A stretch of 64,000 nucleotides of DNA from Rhizophagus irregularis (taxonomy: Eukaryota), in contig NC_089430.1 of NCBI RefSeq assembly GCF_026210795.1, positions 1,674,001 through 1,738,000 on the forward strand, read 5' to 3'. A program made the translations under genes and the position numbers. Shown piece after piece: positions 11,925-25,169 of this stretch. The notes under the pieces are model-generated. The model saw only the letters and a program-made list of their open reading frames with translations. It did no database searches and was not told the DNA's origin. Position 1 is the first letter of the stretch; the number at the start of each line of letters is the position of its first letter.

Positions 11925-13082
11925 TAACGAATAAAAGGTTTATTAGTATTAGATTAAAAATTTGAATTTGATGAGTAATAGTTTTATTTAATTATAATTA
12001 GAATGACAATATGTAACGTATTTTATATTTTAATTAAATGTAGTTGAAATACTTTTTTTTATTTTAAATTGGGAAATAAACAAACATTATTAAAAAAATC
12101 TTCTCATTTATTTTAAGAAACTTCTTAACTTCTCGATACTAATTCACTGTTTTCCAGGACATTTTTTCAATGTTTAAAGTTTCAAGATACATAAATTACT
12201 TTGGTGATGAACTGGATATATTTAAGTAATTATCCACCAGTTGTAATATTTATTGTTCATTACTCATTCTCTTTGTATTTAAATGTTTTTCAGGCTTGAT
12301 TTGTACCGTTATAAAATTTATTGAGAAGTTATTGAATTTCAACTTAAATTCTTCAAGATTATAGATTATTAAGTGTGAGGTTTTTTTTGTTTAGAGGAAA
12401 AATATATATATATATGAACTAAGTAACGAAAGAGAAAGTAATGATAGAATGATGGAGGAAGAGGCTAATCCAGTTTCGACTAATGAAATTTTGAAAATTT
12501 TGATCAGATTTATTTTTTTATTTTACTAACGAAAAAGGTTAACTTGGGACGATCAGCAGCCGCAGTAGAACGTTGATTTTTTTTAAAAAAAAAATTTTTA
12601 AATATATTTTTATCTCAGTTTTTTTTATTATTTTTTTTTATTACTTTTTATTACTTTTTATTCGGTTTATTACTTTTTTTTTTTAATTTCATTTTTTCAC
12701 CTTTTAGGTTTGGATCAGACCAGAACTGCTATAATAAAGATTTATAAAAAAAAAATATCCAGCCAAAAAATATAAGTATTATTTATTTCATGGGGAATAA
12801 TAGGGTTTTTTCCCCGAAGGGAAAAAATCCGAAATCAGTGACACTTCACACTTGGGATTATTTTGCCACCTCTATCACGTGATTCAATTAAATTAGCATG
12901 ACGTAAGTATCGATCATCTCTTATTTTAACTAACTTTTTTTTTGTAGGTGCTTTCTTATCTTGACTTTGGGGCTTCCGGTAATTTTTTTTTAACATTCAT
13001 ATTTTTTTGTTAATTAACATTAACTCTCTCTTTAATTCTTTTCAGCTTTAGATTTTGGTATCAGGGTCCAAGTAAATACACT

Positions 13083-13920
13083 TTGGTTGGAATTTTTTTT
13101 TGTGATTTAATTTCATTACTTTATTTCGTTTTGGGCTTCACCTTTTTTATTTCATTTTTCACTTCATCTTTTATCACCTTTTCATCCCTTATCGTTTCTT
13201 TTCATCATCCTTTCGCCTTTTCTCGTCTCTTCATTCCTCTTTCATTCCTAATTATTCTTTTCATTCCCTCATCTTTCTTTTTATTCCCCTTTCGTTCGTC
13301 ATCATTCTTTTCTTCCTTTTCGTCCTTTATCAATTTATTCATCATCTTTTCGTCTCCTACCTTTCTTTTTATCACCCTTTCATCTCTCATCGTTCTTTTT
13401 GCTTCCCTTTCATCCTTTATTTTCATTTTTTCATTTTTTCATTTTCTTTTTATGTTTCTTCGTCTTTTATCACGGTTTACCTTTTTTTTCGTTTCTCATC
13501 ATCTTCTTTCGTGTTTCTCATCATCTTCTTTCGTTTCTCATTATCATCTCTTCTCCTTTCTTTTGATCCCCATCATCATCTCTCATCATCATCATCATCT
13601 CATCTCCTTTCTCTTGATCTCCATCATCATCTCTCATCATCATCTCTTCTCCTTTCTTTTGATCCCATCATCATTTCTCATCATCATCATCTCTTCTCCT
13701 TTCTTTTGATCCCTATGACCCCATCATCATCTCTCATCATCATCTCATCTCCTTTCTTTTATTCTTCATCATCCTTCTCTCTTTTTTTGATCCCCTTTTA
13801 CCTTAATCTCTTTTCACACCTTTTCCTTTCCTTTCACTCCTATCATATTTTACTTTATCCCCTTTTACATCTTTTCATTATTTATTTTGTTTTTTATTAT
13901 TTTTTATTTTATTTTTTTTA
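13083..13920. repeat. Pyrimidine-rich low-complexity tract with ~40-bp (CAT)n-containing tandem units
   Basis: Repeated catcatcatctctcatcatc...tctcctttcttttgatc at ~13495-13800. Confidence 0.75.
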
Positions 13921-14202
13921 CCATTGTAATTTGTTGTTAGATGCTATTGTGTTTATTACGTACTGTTAAAAATAAATAATGTTTAGCTTATTTAGTAAAT
14001 AGTTAACTAAAACGTACTGAAAAATTTTGTCACATATACAGTAAATATAATTTTTAATTTTTTTTATGCCAATCAAATTTTACTTTAAATCACATGATAC
14101 GGTGATATTATTAAATTATATCAATACTTATTTAATATTGTTCTTTTTTATTATTAATTATTATAATTTATTTTATTTAATATAGTAAAATTTTAATCAA
14201 TA

Positions 14203-15664
14203 TTATTTTTCACTCACCAAATTATGAATAAGTAAAAGCTCTGAATTAATACTATAATTATTGTTATTACTTATTCTAAATTCATCACAAGAAGCTTGAC
14301 TATGGTAACAAATTAATTCATTGCAAGACTCTTGACTTCGTTTAACAAATAATTCATTATTTATCATAGGAAGCAATCTGCTGGTGTATACGGCCTCTGA
14401 ATGTATTTTGATCTTTGGTAGCTTTTTGATCGTACTATGATTTCTATCAGCTTTGCTCCACACATCATCACCTTCAAAAATATCATTCAACCATTTCTCT
14501 ATTTCTCTTACAATATTTGCAATATTTGGCCTTTCATTTGGATTTTTATGCCAGCATTTTTGCATCAGCTCTTTATAACATTCGGGAGTTCCTTCGACGA
14601 TCTCTGGACGAGACCCATCACAGATCTGAAGCGCAAGGTTGAGATCATGTGGAATGTTAGGGAAAGGTCTATGGCCTGAGGATAACTCCCACATGATTAT
14701 TCCAAAACTATAAATATCAGACGCCTGGGTGAACGGTTTACCCTTAACAACTCTGGAGCTACATACAGCATAACACCGTAAACTTTTTTTTTGGATACTG
14801 ATGAGTCTGCAGGATGACACAATCCCAGATCTCCAATACCCGCATAATTTACATCTATGAGGAGATTTCCACTATGAATATCTCTGTGCATCAATCCTTC
14901 TGAATGAATAGTATTGAGACCACGAGCAATATCCAAAAGATGATCAAGACATTTAGACCAAGTCAAGTCAGCAAAGTTTTCAAAAAGATATTTTCCCAAG
15001 TCTCCACGGGCACAGTATTCTAAAACCATTATATATCCTTTGGATTTCGGATCTTGTGAAATGCCGTGACAACGAACAATTTCTGAGCAAGTATTAGAAT
15101 TTCTGTATAATTTTAAGTGCGATGTAGTCTGCAAATAAAAATTATTGTTAAAATTGTAATTTGTAAATAATTAAAATTAATTTACGTATATCGATATTAC
15201 CTACTTAGAAAGTCTGATGAAATGTTATGAGAGTTGTACAGCATTTTCAAAGCAACAGGTACACGTGGCCATCTAAACCATTGTTTCTTCTTGCGATCCC
15301 AATACAGAATAGGTCCATTCGACCAGGTTGCCTTAAAGACTTGCCCAAATCCACCCTTACTAATAAATTTGATGTCAGTGAATTGATCGTAAGGTATCCA
15401 CTCAAATGTACTCTCATAATGGGATGTGTTAATTTGAGTTTTTCTTATAAGTTCATCAATATTGTTGTTACCGCTAGTCCAAGAAGGAAATTTGTCAATA
15501 AAGTGCTGACTATTACAGGATGTACACCACGTACTCCAATCATCACCAAAACTATTCAAATTGCCGCACTCTTTGCAAAATCCATTTTCCGATACTTTAT
15601 TTGACGTTTCAGAGACAGAATACCCTCTATATAGAGCCTTGACCTTTGATATGTGACTATCCAT
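14203..15664 (-). CDS. Tyrosine-kinase-like Ser/Thr/Tyr protein kinase (2 exons, two apparent 1-nt frameshifts)
   Basis: CxxC N-terminus, GGFGQVFKATW, VALK, HRDIHSGN, DLGL, YVAPE, SDIYSFG, CWHKNPNERP; intron 15129-15200; frame slips at the splice donor and at ~14742. Confidence 0.85.
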
Positions 15665-17545
15665 CCTATATATTGTTATAATATATGGAGATGAATATAC
15701 CGTACTGTATGTGGTCGATTATATAAATGCTGGTAAGCCCGCACAGTAATAATCTTGTATTAATATTAATAGGAAGTCCTTACTCCTTAAAAAAAAAGTT
15801 ATAGTTTAGAATTTAGACGCGAATGTGACTAGCAAAATTGCGATCATTAAATATGAAGTTCTCACAACTTATTTCTTTTTAAATTTTAAATTTCAGAATC
15901 GGTAAAACTTCTGTAAATAGCTTCCATTTTCTTAAATATAGCATATTCACGGAATTTATAACCTCAGAGAATGGAAATTACTACAAAGTAGTAGTTCATA
16001 GATTGGTTTCGGGTGTTACAGAATTATGTGTCTTTGTAGAAAAATTTGTAATTACTAATTGTGCGTAAACAATGACTTTGAATTAAATATAATATTGCCT
16101 CTTTAGAACAAAAAATCAGCTGATAATAAACCTAATCATTATTAACGGTAATGACTTTATTCTTCATCCTGATTTTTGCTATTAAAAGTTAATAAGTAAT
16201 AACTTACCGAATAACTTTTAGTGAATTTTAAAATGAATAGCGTACGTTTTTTAATAAATTGATTGCCCGGTTCCTTTTTATAAACATTATAAACAAATCA
16301 AAATCCGAAAATATAAAAAGAAAAGTTTGTATTATAATATTCCTGAGTTACATATTGTAATTAGCTTAATATTGTAACAATATATATTTTTTTATGATAG
16401 TAATTATGGTTTAAATCTTAGCTTAGTATGGATTTCAATAATTATATTGATTAGGGATTTTCTAACTAATTATATTGATTAGGGATTTTCTAACAAAGAG
16501 ACGTAATACAACCACGTGATATAGCTGATTACGCATGTAATTATTGGAAGACCATATGTGTTGTACTTCATGATGCAGCAAAAAGAAGATAGTATAGAAT
16601 TTCGGTCCTCACTCCTCAGTCATCAGACATTGCAAATTTGTGCAATATTTTTCCGAATATATTTTTGAATAAGAGTTATTTACATAATGTATTAATGTAT
16701 ACTTATTTTCTTTTGTGTTTTTTACTTTGTCTAATTTGTTTATATTGATTGTCATGACGCAGGTAAAATGAATATATCAAAACATGCTACTCCGGATATT
16801 TATACTATATTGGTTTATCTTATTATTATAAGTCCCAAATTGGTTAATTTTAATTTTCAAATAGAATATACATAGTTTTTTTTTCATCGGTTTCGTCCAA
16901 AATCAAATAAAAAAAAAGGGATAAGGATCATATTACTAATAAAAATTATATTACTAGATTGTAAAACAATAAAAAATATATATATATTTACTTTCTTTTT
17001 TGATATAATTCAAATTTTTTTGTTATCGATCGCTTTTTCTAATGAATTTATTACGTGAAAAAGAATTTTTTTTATTTTTGATTTTAAGAATTCTGTAAAT
17101 TATGTAACATTACCTTATCTTTACGTTCAAGAATGTGTTTACCATAAAAAAAATAAAAAAATAAAAAAAAGAGAAATAAAAAGATGAAAAAAATTAAATA
17201 TTATAAAATTTTTATTAATTATAATATATTATTGTAAAGTATTAACCAATTTATATTATAAAAAAAAGACAATTAATGAAAATTATATAATACACAAATT
17301 ATTATTCTAATTGCCTTGTTTTATTTAATGCAACCTTCAGCCCACAAAGAAGTAAAATTTTTTTTATTCTCACTAACGATTAGTAAATATGCGTATCTAA
17401 TTGAGTTACTTTTATGAAAAGAAAAAACTAACAATTTATAACAAAGCGGACATCTCTATATCATCACGAATTTGCCGATCATTTATTGACGTTGCCACAT
17501 AAGAATATGTGTCTATTTTTATATTATCCAAAAATGTGATATAAC

Positions 17546-17711
17546 TGTTGTGCCCCAAGTTGACGATTGCCCCAAATCAACGATCGGCCTAAATTATCAG
17601 CCCATCTTTATAATGCCTTAAGAATTTTCAAATCATTACTTTTCACATACAGTATAGTAATCATCGATGATTATTGTCAATTTGGGGCATATTGAGATTT
17701 GGGGCACAACA
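17546..17711. mobile_element. Small MITE with 13-bp TIRs
   Basis: TGTTGTGCCCCAA ... TTGGGGCACAACA plus an inner TGCCCCAAAT/ATTTGGGGCA pair; no clear TSD. Confidence 0.6.
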
Positions 17712-19694
17712 ACAATAAGGTAAGTTACATTTGGGATCAAAAATTAGAAATATTGATAACTCTGTGAACTTTAATGACCTGATGATAAGTTTAAAACATT
17801 GTATTCTAGGAATAAAAAAGAAAGTGATTTAAATTTACCAATTTATTTACAAAAACGAAAAAAAATACATCCAACATATGATAATAATAAAAAATACCTA
17901 GCTATTAAATAAGTGTATCAAATATTAGCTGAACTGCAAATATCTTTAACTCATAATTGGCTTATTTCACTAAAACTACAATTTATTATTAATCAACCTA
18001 ACAAGGATATGGTTTCTCTTTAGTTTCTCGATAATTTCACCAGTTACAAAAGATATTTCACTTGTCACTTCCATACTTGGCATTTTCGTACTTAACATTT
18101 CCCGATAACTACTATTTAAAAAATCATTTTAAAATAAGTAAAACTTTGAATTAACTTCATTTTTATTAATATTTACTAACCTTAGAGCAAAATATATAAA
18201 TCCTTTATTTGAAAATCAATGAGAAAATTATCCTAAGACCAAGTAATAAGAAATACTTCCATGAATTGGTTGTTAATCCTATTGAATGAGTAAGAAATAT
18301 AAGAATTAAAAAAAGAAAACCGATTACAAAACAAAATTTCCCTCAAATTTTTTAACGTCCGTTTTACAGGAGGATAACGTATAACCTCAATTTTAATATT
18401 ATCACTAGAATTATATTGAACTGAGTTGTAAATGATTTATTGTTATTTATTAGAACTTATCTATGTTTAAAATTTTTGAGACCATCGTTACCAAATCATA
18501 AACAATTGATTAACATGCCATTCATTTAACATTAAAATTTGTTTTGTTCCACATTTACCAAAAAAGTATTAATCATAACTTTAATTAGACTAGTTTGTAT
18601 GTAGTATACTGCTACGTATTGCTGTTTCATTGGCCTTGTTAATTTAATCATCATTCGTATTCATTCCCTTTTCTAATTGAAAATATCAAGCTTTTTCCAA
18701 TTTTTTAATATATTTTCTCTTAATAAACAAAATTTTGTTATTTTTCTTAAAAGTACTATCATTACAGTACTCTTTAAACCTTCAAAAGTAATTTAGTCCA
18801 GTCTTGATAATGGTCTTTAACTTATTCTAAAATTCTTTCTTATTATCTGTAATTTGATTGTTCATATTTTTTATTCTATGGGTTCCATTAGTTTTTTCCA
18901 TGATTCCTTTTGATTATTTCTCTTACATCATCTAAAAGTAAATGCTCCTTGTTTTTATTCTTGTCTTCTCTTACTTTAAAATTTTTAATTCTTTTCTATT
19001 ATGCTAAATATTTCTACTTTTATTATCGTAAAAATGGTCTTTATTAAGATAAGATCCTTATTTATAGTGAGTATTGTATTTCTGGTTCTACTTCATGATT
19101 TGATTCTGTCCTACTATCTCGCCACGCCGTTCTTTTCAATTTTGCCCTTTCTATTTTTAAATTTATGATTCTCTCAATAATTATTCAATTCGTTATTTGT
19201 TAAATATTCATGAAAAAATTGTCTTCCATTATTATCATATTGGTACGCCTTTTCCTATATTTTAATTTTTGTTACAGTAAAATTGTTTGTTCTTATATGT
19301 AGTATTTAATTATAATAACATTTGTTAAATTATAACCTTTCTATAATTTTTTTTCAATGATTTTTTATTGTCATATTTGTGACCTAAGATTATACAGTAG
19401 TTATTTTCTTTGTATTTACCGTAAATGATATACTAATTCTTTCATCTTCTGTATAGATGACAAGATCTATTCCATTGTTTTGGTAAACTCAGATATTCTT
19501 AACCCGTATTCCCGTAAACCATTTGTTCATTTTATGGTAGAGACCACGTGTTATAAAGCACGTGATTTGAGCATCTGATCATTAGTGTTACACTGTATAT
19601 CCGCCGAACTGCAGAATGCATATTACGCAATTTATCACATGTGGTACGTAACACCCTTAAAACGTAAAAGTATAAATTACTCTTTGCCCTACGT

Positions 19695-20262
19695 TGTAAT
19701 GCCGTAGTATACATAGTAAATTTATTAATTGTGAGGCGCAGTATTATATTTAATCTTAGTGTATAAAATTTTAATTTATTTTTAGTTGTATTAATAATTA
19801 GACCGAAAAGTCGTTAAACTATTGATCAGGTGATTCAAGGATAATTGGTCCGAGATGACATTAAACTATCAGTCACGAGATTTAAGGATAAATAAAGATC
19901 CGAAAGATACTAAATTAAATGAAGTCAAGTGATCTGAGGTGTCAAGTGATTAACTTGCTGATCATTACTTTAATATTATAAATCATAATTCAGGAGGTCA
20001 CGATGATCAAATGGATACAGAATTAAGATAATGGAAATACTTTGATAATTTAAATCCATGAATCGAAATTATGAATTTGGTTACACTAAAACAAATATAA
20101 AAGGGTGTGAAGATCACCTTTTGAGAAGGACATTCTTGGATGAATTTCAATTTAATGTTATTAAACCAAGCATATTATTGTATTTATTTATATTATTAAT
20201 AAAGAGATATTTTGTTAATACCTAAGGTGGCAACGTGATTTATCACGGGCTTAGGTGTTACA
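19695..20262 (+). repeat. 5' LTR (568 bp)
   Basis: TGTAATGCC...GGTGTTACA; matches the 3' LTR except a net 21-bp indel and one C/T difference seen by eye. Confidence 0.95.
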
Positions 20263-20264
20263 AG

Positions 20265-20282
20265 TGGTGCATGCTCCGAGAA
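20265..20282 (+). promoter_or_regulatory. Primer-binding site, probably tRNA-Gly
   Basis: TGGTGCATGCTCCGAGAA, 2 nt after the LTR; its complement TT-CTCGG-AGCATGC-A-CCA has tRNA 3'-end geometry, and GCA-starting acceptor stems are typical of eukaryotic tRNA-Gly. Confidence 0.8.
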
Positions 20283-20791
20283 AGGAAAAGTGATCATCCT
20301 CACATGATCACTACAGGTTACGAATAGGAGGATTTCCGAGAAAAGAAATGATCATTTATCACATGATCATCACAGGAAAAAGATTTAAAATCTTTCACCT
20401 AAGGATCGACAAAATTAAGAAGTTATAAAATTAAAAAGTTTAAAGTCTTGGTTGAAAAAGAATTTAAAAATGTATTAATGTTAAAATTTTAAGATATGCG
20501 AAAATAAAGGTTACCGATAAAAAAAATATTAATTCGAATAAATATAAACATGTAGGTAAAAATAATGTTCATAAATTATAATTTTTGATCTAACTTGACC
20601 ACCGGCTGATATGTCAATGAAAAATTATTATTACAATAATTTCCATGCATATGAATCAAATATGCATGGCAGTAATTGATTATCAAGGGAAATGCGAGGC
20701 TAATCAAGTTAGAAGGGGTTTTGAATAAAAATATTGTAAATAATTGAATGAGAGGATTAAGATTAAGTCTTGTATGGACTTTGATCATACT

Positions 20792-20938
20792 AAGTGTACC
20801 CAGAGCTGACACTATAAATTAAGATGGCGGGGATAATATAAAAGTGTACCCAGAGCCGACACTATAAATTAAGATGGCGGGGATAATATAAAAGTGTACC
20901 CAGGGCCGACGCTATAAATTAAGATGGCAGGGTTAATA
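20792..20938 (+). repeat. Three tandem 50-bp repeats in the retroelement 5' leader
   Basis: aagtgtacccagagc(t/c)gacactataaattaagatggcggggataatata at 20792, 20842 and 20892. Confidence 0.9.
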
Positions 20939-21584
20939 CTGTGTGATTCTGTGTGATTCTGTGTGAACTCAATTGAGGTATTCTGTGTGATCAATTGGGA
21001 ATAGGTCTGAGAAGGACCTTTAAAGATAATTCTGTGTGAACTTAGCTAAGAATAATTCTATGAGGGTACCCAAGAAAAATTATGATTAACGTTAACAAGA
21101 ATTAAAAATATTTGCTGGACAAATATATTCAAAGAAAGTTGTTAAAAATTAATAAGGATATAAATGATAAGAGATTTTGTAGCGTAGTAAAATTATATAA
21201 AATGTTAATACAGGTGTCGAGATTATTAATTAAAGATTATCAAAGCACAGTAAATTTTAGGATATAATAGAATTAGAGGCGTAGTAGAAGTATATGAAAG
21301 AGGGAGATTTGAATCTCCCACTTATTAAATGAATTGTTGACACCGTGGAAAGATACATCAGTCTTGGAAATACAACAAATAATCGGACAAATCAAATATG
21401 GATTCACACTTCAACCTTAGGTTGGAAAATTTTATGGAATATAAATTTATTTGTACAAACCTGTAAACTACCATACTCAGTAATGAACAAATGAGGTAAA
21501 GGCAAGCCCAGTATAGGTCAAATAAAATATAAAAGAAGGATAAAAAGTAAAAGATGTGAAAATTTTCAGAGAATTTTATTAAAA

Positions 21585-24500
21585 ATGGAATGGTACCATG
21601 TTTGGAATGCTGGATATATAAACCATAAACAAGAACACGACCTAGGAGTGATAGAACCAGAGGAATGTTTAGCATGTGAAATATGTAACCCAATAGAAAG
21701 AGAAGTATCAGCAGCATTCAAGAAATTTTGGGATGCTTTATTTAAATTTAAGGATACAATACTAATGTACAATAATGTGACACATAAAGAATTATTGAAT
21801 TTATTAAGTATGGACAATAGAGAAAGGGAGGATACAATACATAAAGGAAAATGTAGGAATATAGTAGATAGAATAATTGAATCAATAAGGTACAGACAAC
21901 AACCAAAAATGAAAGAAAAAGGTTTAAGGATAATAATTGTAGTAATTGTAAGGGATTGTATTGAAGGAGACTTAGAAAATGAAGTATTTGACCGATTAAT
22001 TGGATGTCCAGAAATAATGGAACATGGATACATTTTAGAAGATTGGGATGTTGAAAATAGATTTCAAAAATTTTGGGATTGGTATAACACGATATTGGAA
22101 AATGAAATGAAAGCAATACATGTTAAGAAGTTAGCAATAAAGTTATTCAGGGATTTATTATATGAAGAAACAGAAGATCTGTTGAGGAGTGAAAAGGTAG
22201 TTGAATTAATACTCCAGATAGAACATCAGAATAGATGTGAGGCAGACACTCAAGAAGGAAAGGATGCATGGAAGAGATTGATGCAGAAAGTAGGACAAAG
22301 ATTTATTGACACCAAACAATTTACAAGGGAACCTGAGGACCCAGAAAGTGATAGTCCTGAAAGTTATGAACTAGAGGACAGTGATGGTAGTATACATTAT
22401 GAAATAAAAATAGAGGACAATGTCGAATGGACAGTGGAATTATTAAAAAGAAAAATTGAAGAAATGGGTGGAAGGTTCACTGACAAAGATATACAAAGAA
22501 TGTGGGACCTAAGGATAAGGATAGAATTGATATTAACAGAGGATTTTTTAGGTACATTTTTCGAATTAATGGGACTAAGTGATGAAAAATTAAAAGATGA
22601 AATAAATGAATGGTTGACAAAAGAAACATTGAGATGTGGAAATTGTAGAAATAGAAAGTTACCTGATATGATAGCAGACATTGGACAATGTAAAATTTGT
22701 GAACAAAAAGAATTATTAGAATTAAAGGATGACTTAGAAAAACTAGGATACGAATTAAATGTGTCAGAAATAGAGAGAATAAGAAAATTCAGGATAAGCA
22801 ATAGTATAATATTAACAACGGAATTTATGGAAAAATATTTCCAGGAAATTGATACGAATGACAAAGAATTAAGGATAAAATTATATGAATGGATAAATGA
22901 AAATACCACATTTTGTAATGAATGTGGAATAAGATGGATGAACAATAAATTTGACGAAGGAAAAACCAAGTGTAGGGATTGTGAGAATGACGAAAATGAA
23001 ATTGATATCAGGGTCAAAAGATTAAAACAAATATGTGATGATAATAAAATAGAAATAACTGATGGAGAGTTATTAAGGTTAATCAGTATGGGATATACTG
23101 ATGGAGAAATATTGGATCAAGAATTTATTGAAATATTCCAAGGAAATAAAAATGATTTGGAGAAAAATTTAAAACGGATATTGGATAAATTTCTAAAACA
23201 ACAAGCTGGAATTGAGGATAGTGAAAGTAGTGGAAATGAATCTGATAATGAAAAATCTGATGGATCTGAAAAAGAATCAGATGGATCTGGAAAAGATGGA
23301 GAAATTTTAAATCCAAATGATACCGATAGCAATGAAAATTTTGAAGAACCTTATGAAGAAAACATTATAAATAGACCTGGTTTTGACTCAAGTGAAAGTT
23401 CAGAACCAAATTCTGAGGATAAAAGTGAAATATCTGATTATAATATAGAAAATTTATCTGAAACACCTTTAACACCACCGATACCACCAATCCCACCAAT
23501 AGTACCAATAATTATGGGAGCAACAAGAGCTGAAGTAAGGGAAGATTTTAGAGCGGCTTTACTAGCAGCAACGGGACATGATATAGGAGGTAATTGGGCT
23601 GGATTAGTCGCAGCCAACCCATTAGCAAATGCAATTGAGGATGCAGGAAATGTAGCTGGAGGAATAATTAGTATGCCACAATTTTATGGAAAGGAAGAAG
23701 AAGATGTTAATGATTGGGTAAGACAATTCGAAATAGCATTTACTGCTATAGGAAAAGCAGCAGGAGTAAATGGAGCTAGACAAGCAGCAATGGCAGCTAC
23801 CTGTTTGAAAGGTGCAGCAGCACAATGGTATAATGAAAAGAAGGAAGCAAACAATGGTTATTTGATAAATTGGCAAGATAACGATAATGATAATGATTTA
23901 AAACATAGGATTAAACAAAGATTTACCAGGGAAGATGTTAGAAAAAGGAAAATGTTAGAATTAAGGAAAATAACACAAGGAGTAAATGAAAATGTTGAGG
24001 CATATACGATAAGGTTTAGACAAATATTAAGGATAGCTACCAGAGGCCATGCATTAGATGATGAATTACAAGTGGATAATTATATCGAAGGATTAACACC
24101 AGAATTGGGATATCAAGTCAGAAGACAAAACCCAGCAAATTTAAATGATGCAGTGAATACAGCAAGAAGAGAGGAGGAAGCTACTAATGAATTAATAAGA
24201 AGAACACGTAATATACCAGTTAGTACCCAAAGAAAAGGAATTGATATACAGGATGACAAGCCAAAGAATATATTTGAAAAACCATTGGAGAAAAATTATG
24301 AGGATGACCTTACCGAGATGTTTAAAAAATTAGAGGTAAAATTGACAAATCAACTTAGTGGACAAAGGAGACCACCAAATAACAATAGACAAGGACAACC
24401 ATTGCGAGCATGTTATAAATGTCAACAACCAGGACATTATGCAAGGGAATGTAGAGTAAATAATGGTCAAGCAAACTATAGAAGACCAAACAACCAAAAT

Positions 24501-25169
24501 TATAATAAAGGACCAAATAATTATAATGGAAGATCAAATAATTATAACAGACAACCAAATTACCAAAATAATAATCGAGGATTTAATACGATGGAATTTG
24601 ATAACTATAATGATTACAATGACCAATACGATTACGATGGCCAAGTTTATCAAGATGATTATGACCAAGAATACAATTATGGTGACCCATATTACCAAAA
24701 CAATGATATAGTATTTAACCATGTTGATCAAGATTTTTATAATAATCCAAGACAAACAAGGAGTAATATAAAAAATAGGTCAAGTGATCGAGATATAGAT
24801 ATGGAAATTGATCGAGAACAAGCACGCAGAAGAAATGATAAATATGCCAGTCAACAGAATAAGGCAGCAGCATTACCAAAAAGGGGATTTACTAGTGAGA
24901 GTTTGAGAAAAGCTCAGGAAACAAAAAGAAATAATAATACATGTGGAAATTGTGGACAAAAAGGTCACTATGCATCAGAATGTAAAAATGAACGTGTTGA
25001 AGGTATTCATAGGACAAGCGCATTTCAAAGAAATATACCAAAATATAACGTATTAGAGGATATGAAAAGTACCAGAGCAAATGCAACTTTTTCACAAATT
25101 ATAGATATAAGCCCAGAACAAAGAAAAATATATTATGATGGTATGAGAAGATATCCACAAGTAGATTGA
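21585..25169 (+). CDS. gag: Gag polyprotein with long N-terminal extension and two CCHC zinc knuckles
   Basis: Capsid-like FYGKEEEDVNDWVRQFE...LKGAAAQWY...QGVNENVEAY..RF; knuckles CYKCQQPGHYAREC and CGNCGQKGHYASEC. Confidence 0.9.
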   Translation: MEWYHVWNAGYINHKQEHDLGVIEPEECLACEICNPIEREVSAAFKKFWDALFKFKDTILMYNNVTHKELLNLLSMDNREREDTIHKGKCRNIVDRIIESIRYRQQPKMKEKGLRIIIVVIVRDCIEGDLENEVFDRLIGCPEIMEHGYILEDWDVENRFQKFWDWYNTILENEMKAIHVKKLAIKLFRDLLYEETEDLLRSEKVVELILQIEHQNRCEADTQEGKDAWKRLMQKVGQRFIDTKQFTREPEDPESDSPESYELEDSDGSIHYEIKIEDNVEWTVELLKRKIEEMGGRFTDKDIQRMWDLRIRIELILTEDFLGTFFELMGLSDEKLKDEINEWLTKETLRCGNCRNRKLPDMIADIGQCKICEQKELLELKDDLEKLGYELNVSEIERIRKFRISNSIILTTEFMEKYFQEIDTNDKELRIKLYEWINENTTFCNECGIRWMNNKFDEGKTKCRDCENDENEIDIRVKRLKQICDDNKIEITDGELLRLISMGYTDGEILDQEFIEIFQGNKNDLEKNLKRILDKFLKQQAGIEDSESSGNESDNEKSDGSEKESDGSGKDGEILNPNDTDSNENFEEPYEENIINRPGFDSSESSEPNSEDKSEISDYNIENLSETPLTPPIPPIPPIVPIIMGATRAEVREDFRAALLAATGHDIGGNWAGLVAANPLANAIEDAGNVAGGIISMPQFYGKEEEDVNDWVRQFEIAFTAIGKAAGVNGARQAAMAATCLKGAAAQWYNEKKEANNGYLINWQDNDNDNDLKHRIKQRFTREDVRKRKMLELRKITQGVNENVEAYTIRFRQILRIATRGHALDDELQVDNYIEGLTPELGYQVRRQNPANLNDAVNTARREEEATNELIRRTRNIPVSTQRKGIDIQDDKPKNIFEKPLEKNYEDDLTEMFKKLEVKLTNQLSGQRRPPNNNRQGQPLRACYKCQQPGHYARECRVNNGQANYRRPNNQNYNKGPNNYNGRSNNYNRQPNYQNNNRGFNTMEFDNYNDYNDQYDYDGQVYQDDYDQEYNYGDPYYQNNDIVFNHVDQDFYNNPRQTRSNIKNRSSDRDIDMEIDREQARRRNDKYASQQNKAAALPKRGFTSESLRKAQETKRNNNTCGNCGQKGHYASECKNERVEGIHRTSAFQRNIPKYNVLEDMKSTRANATFSQIIDISPEQRKIYYDGMRRYPQVD

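Noticed and set aside
13083..13969. 208-aa and 152-aa F/S/H-rich ORFs
   Set aside because: Artefacts of a stop-poor pyrimidine-rich repeat
18450..19530. Possible decayed coding region on the minus strand
   Set aside because: No open frame or identifiable motif to support a call
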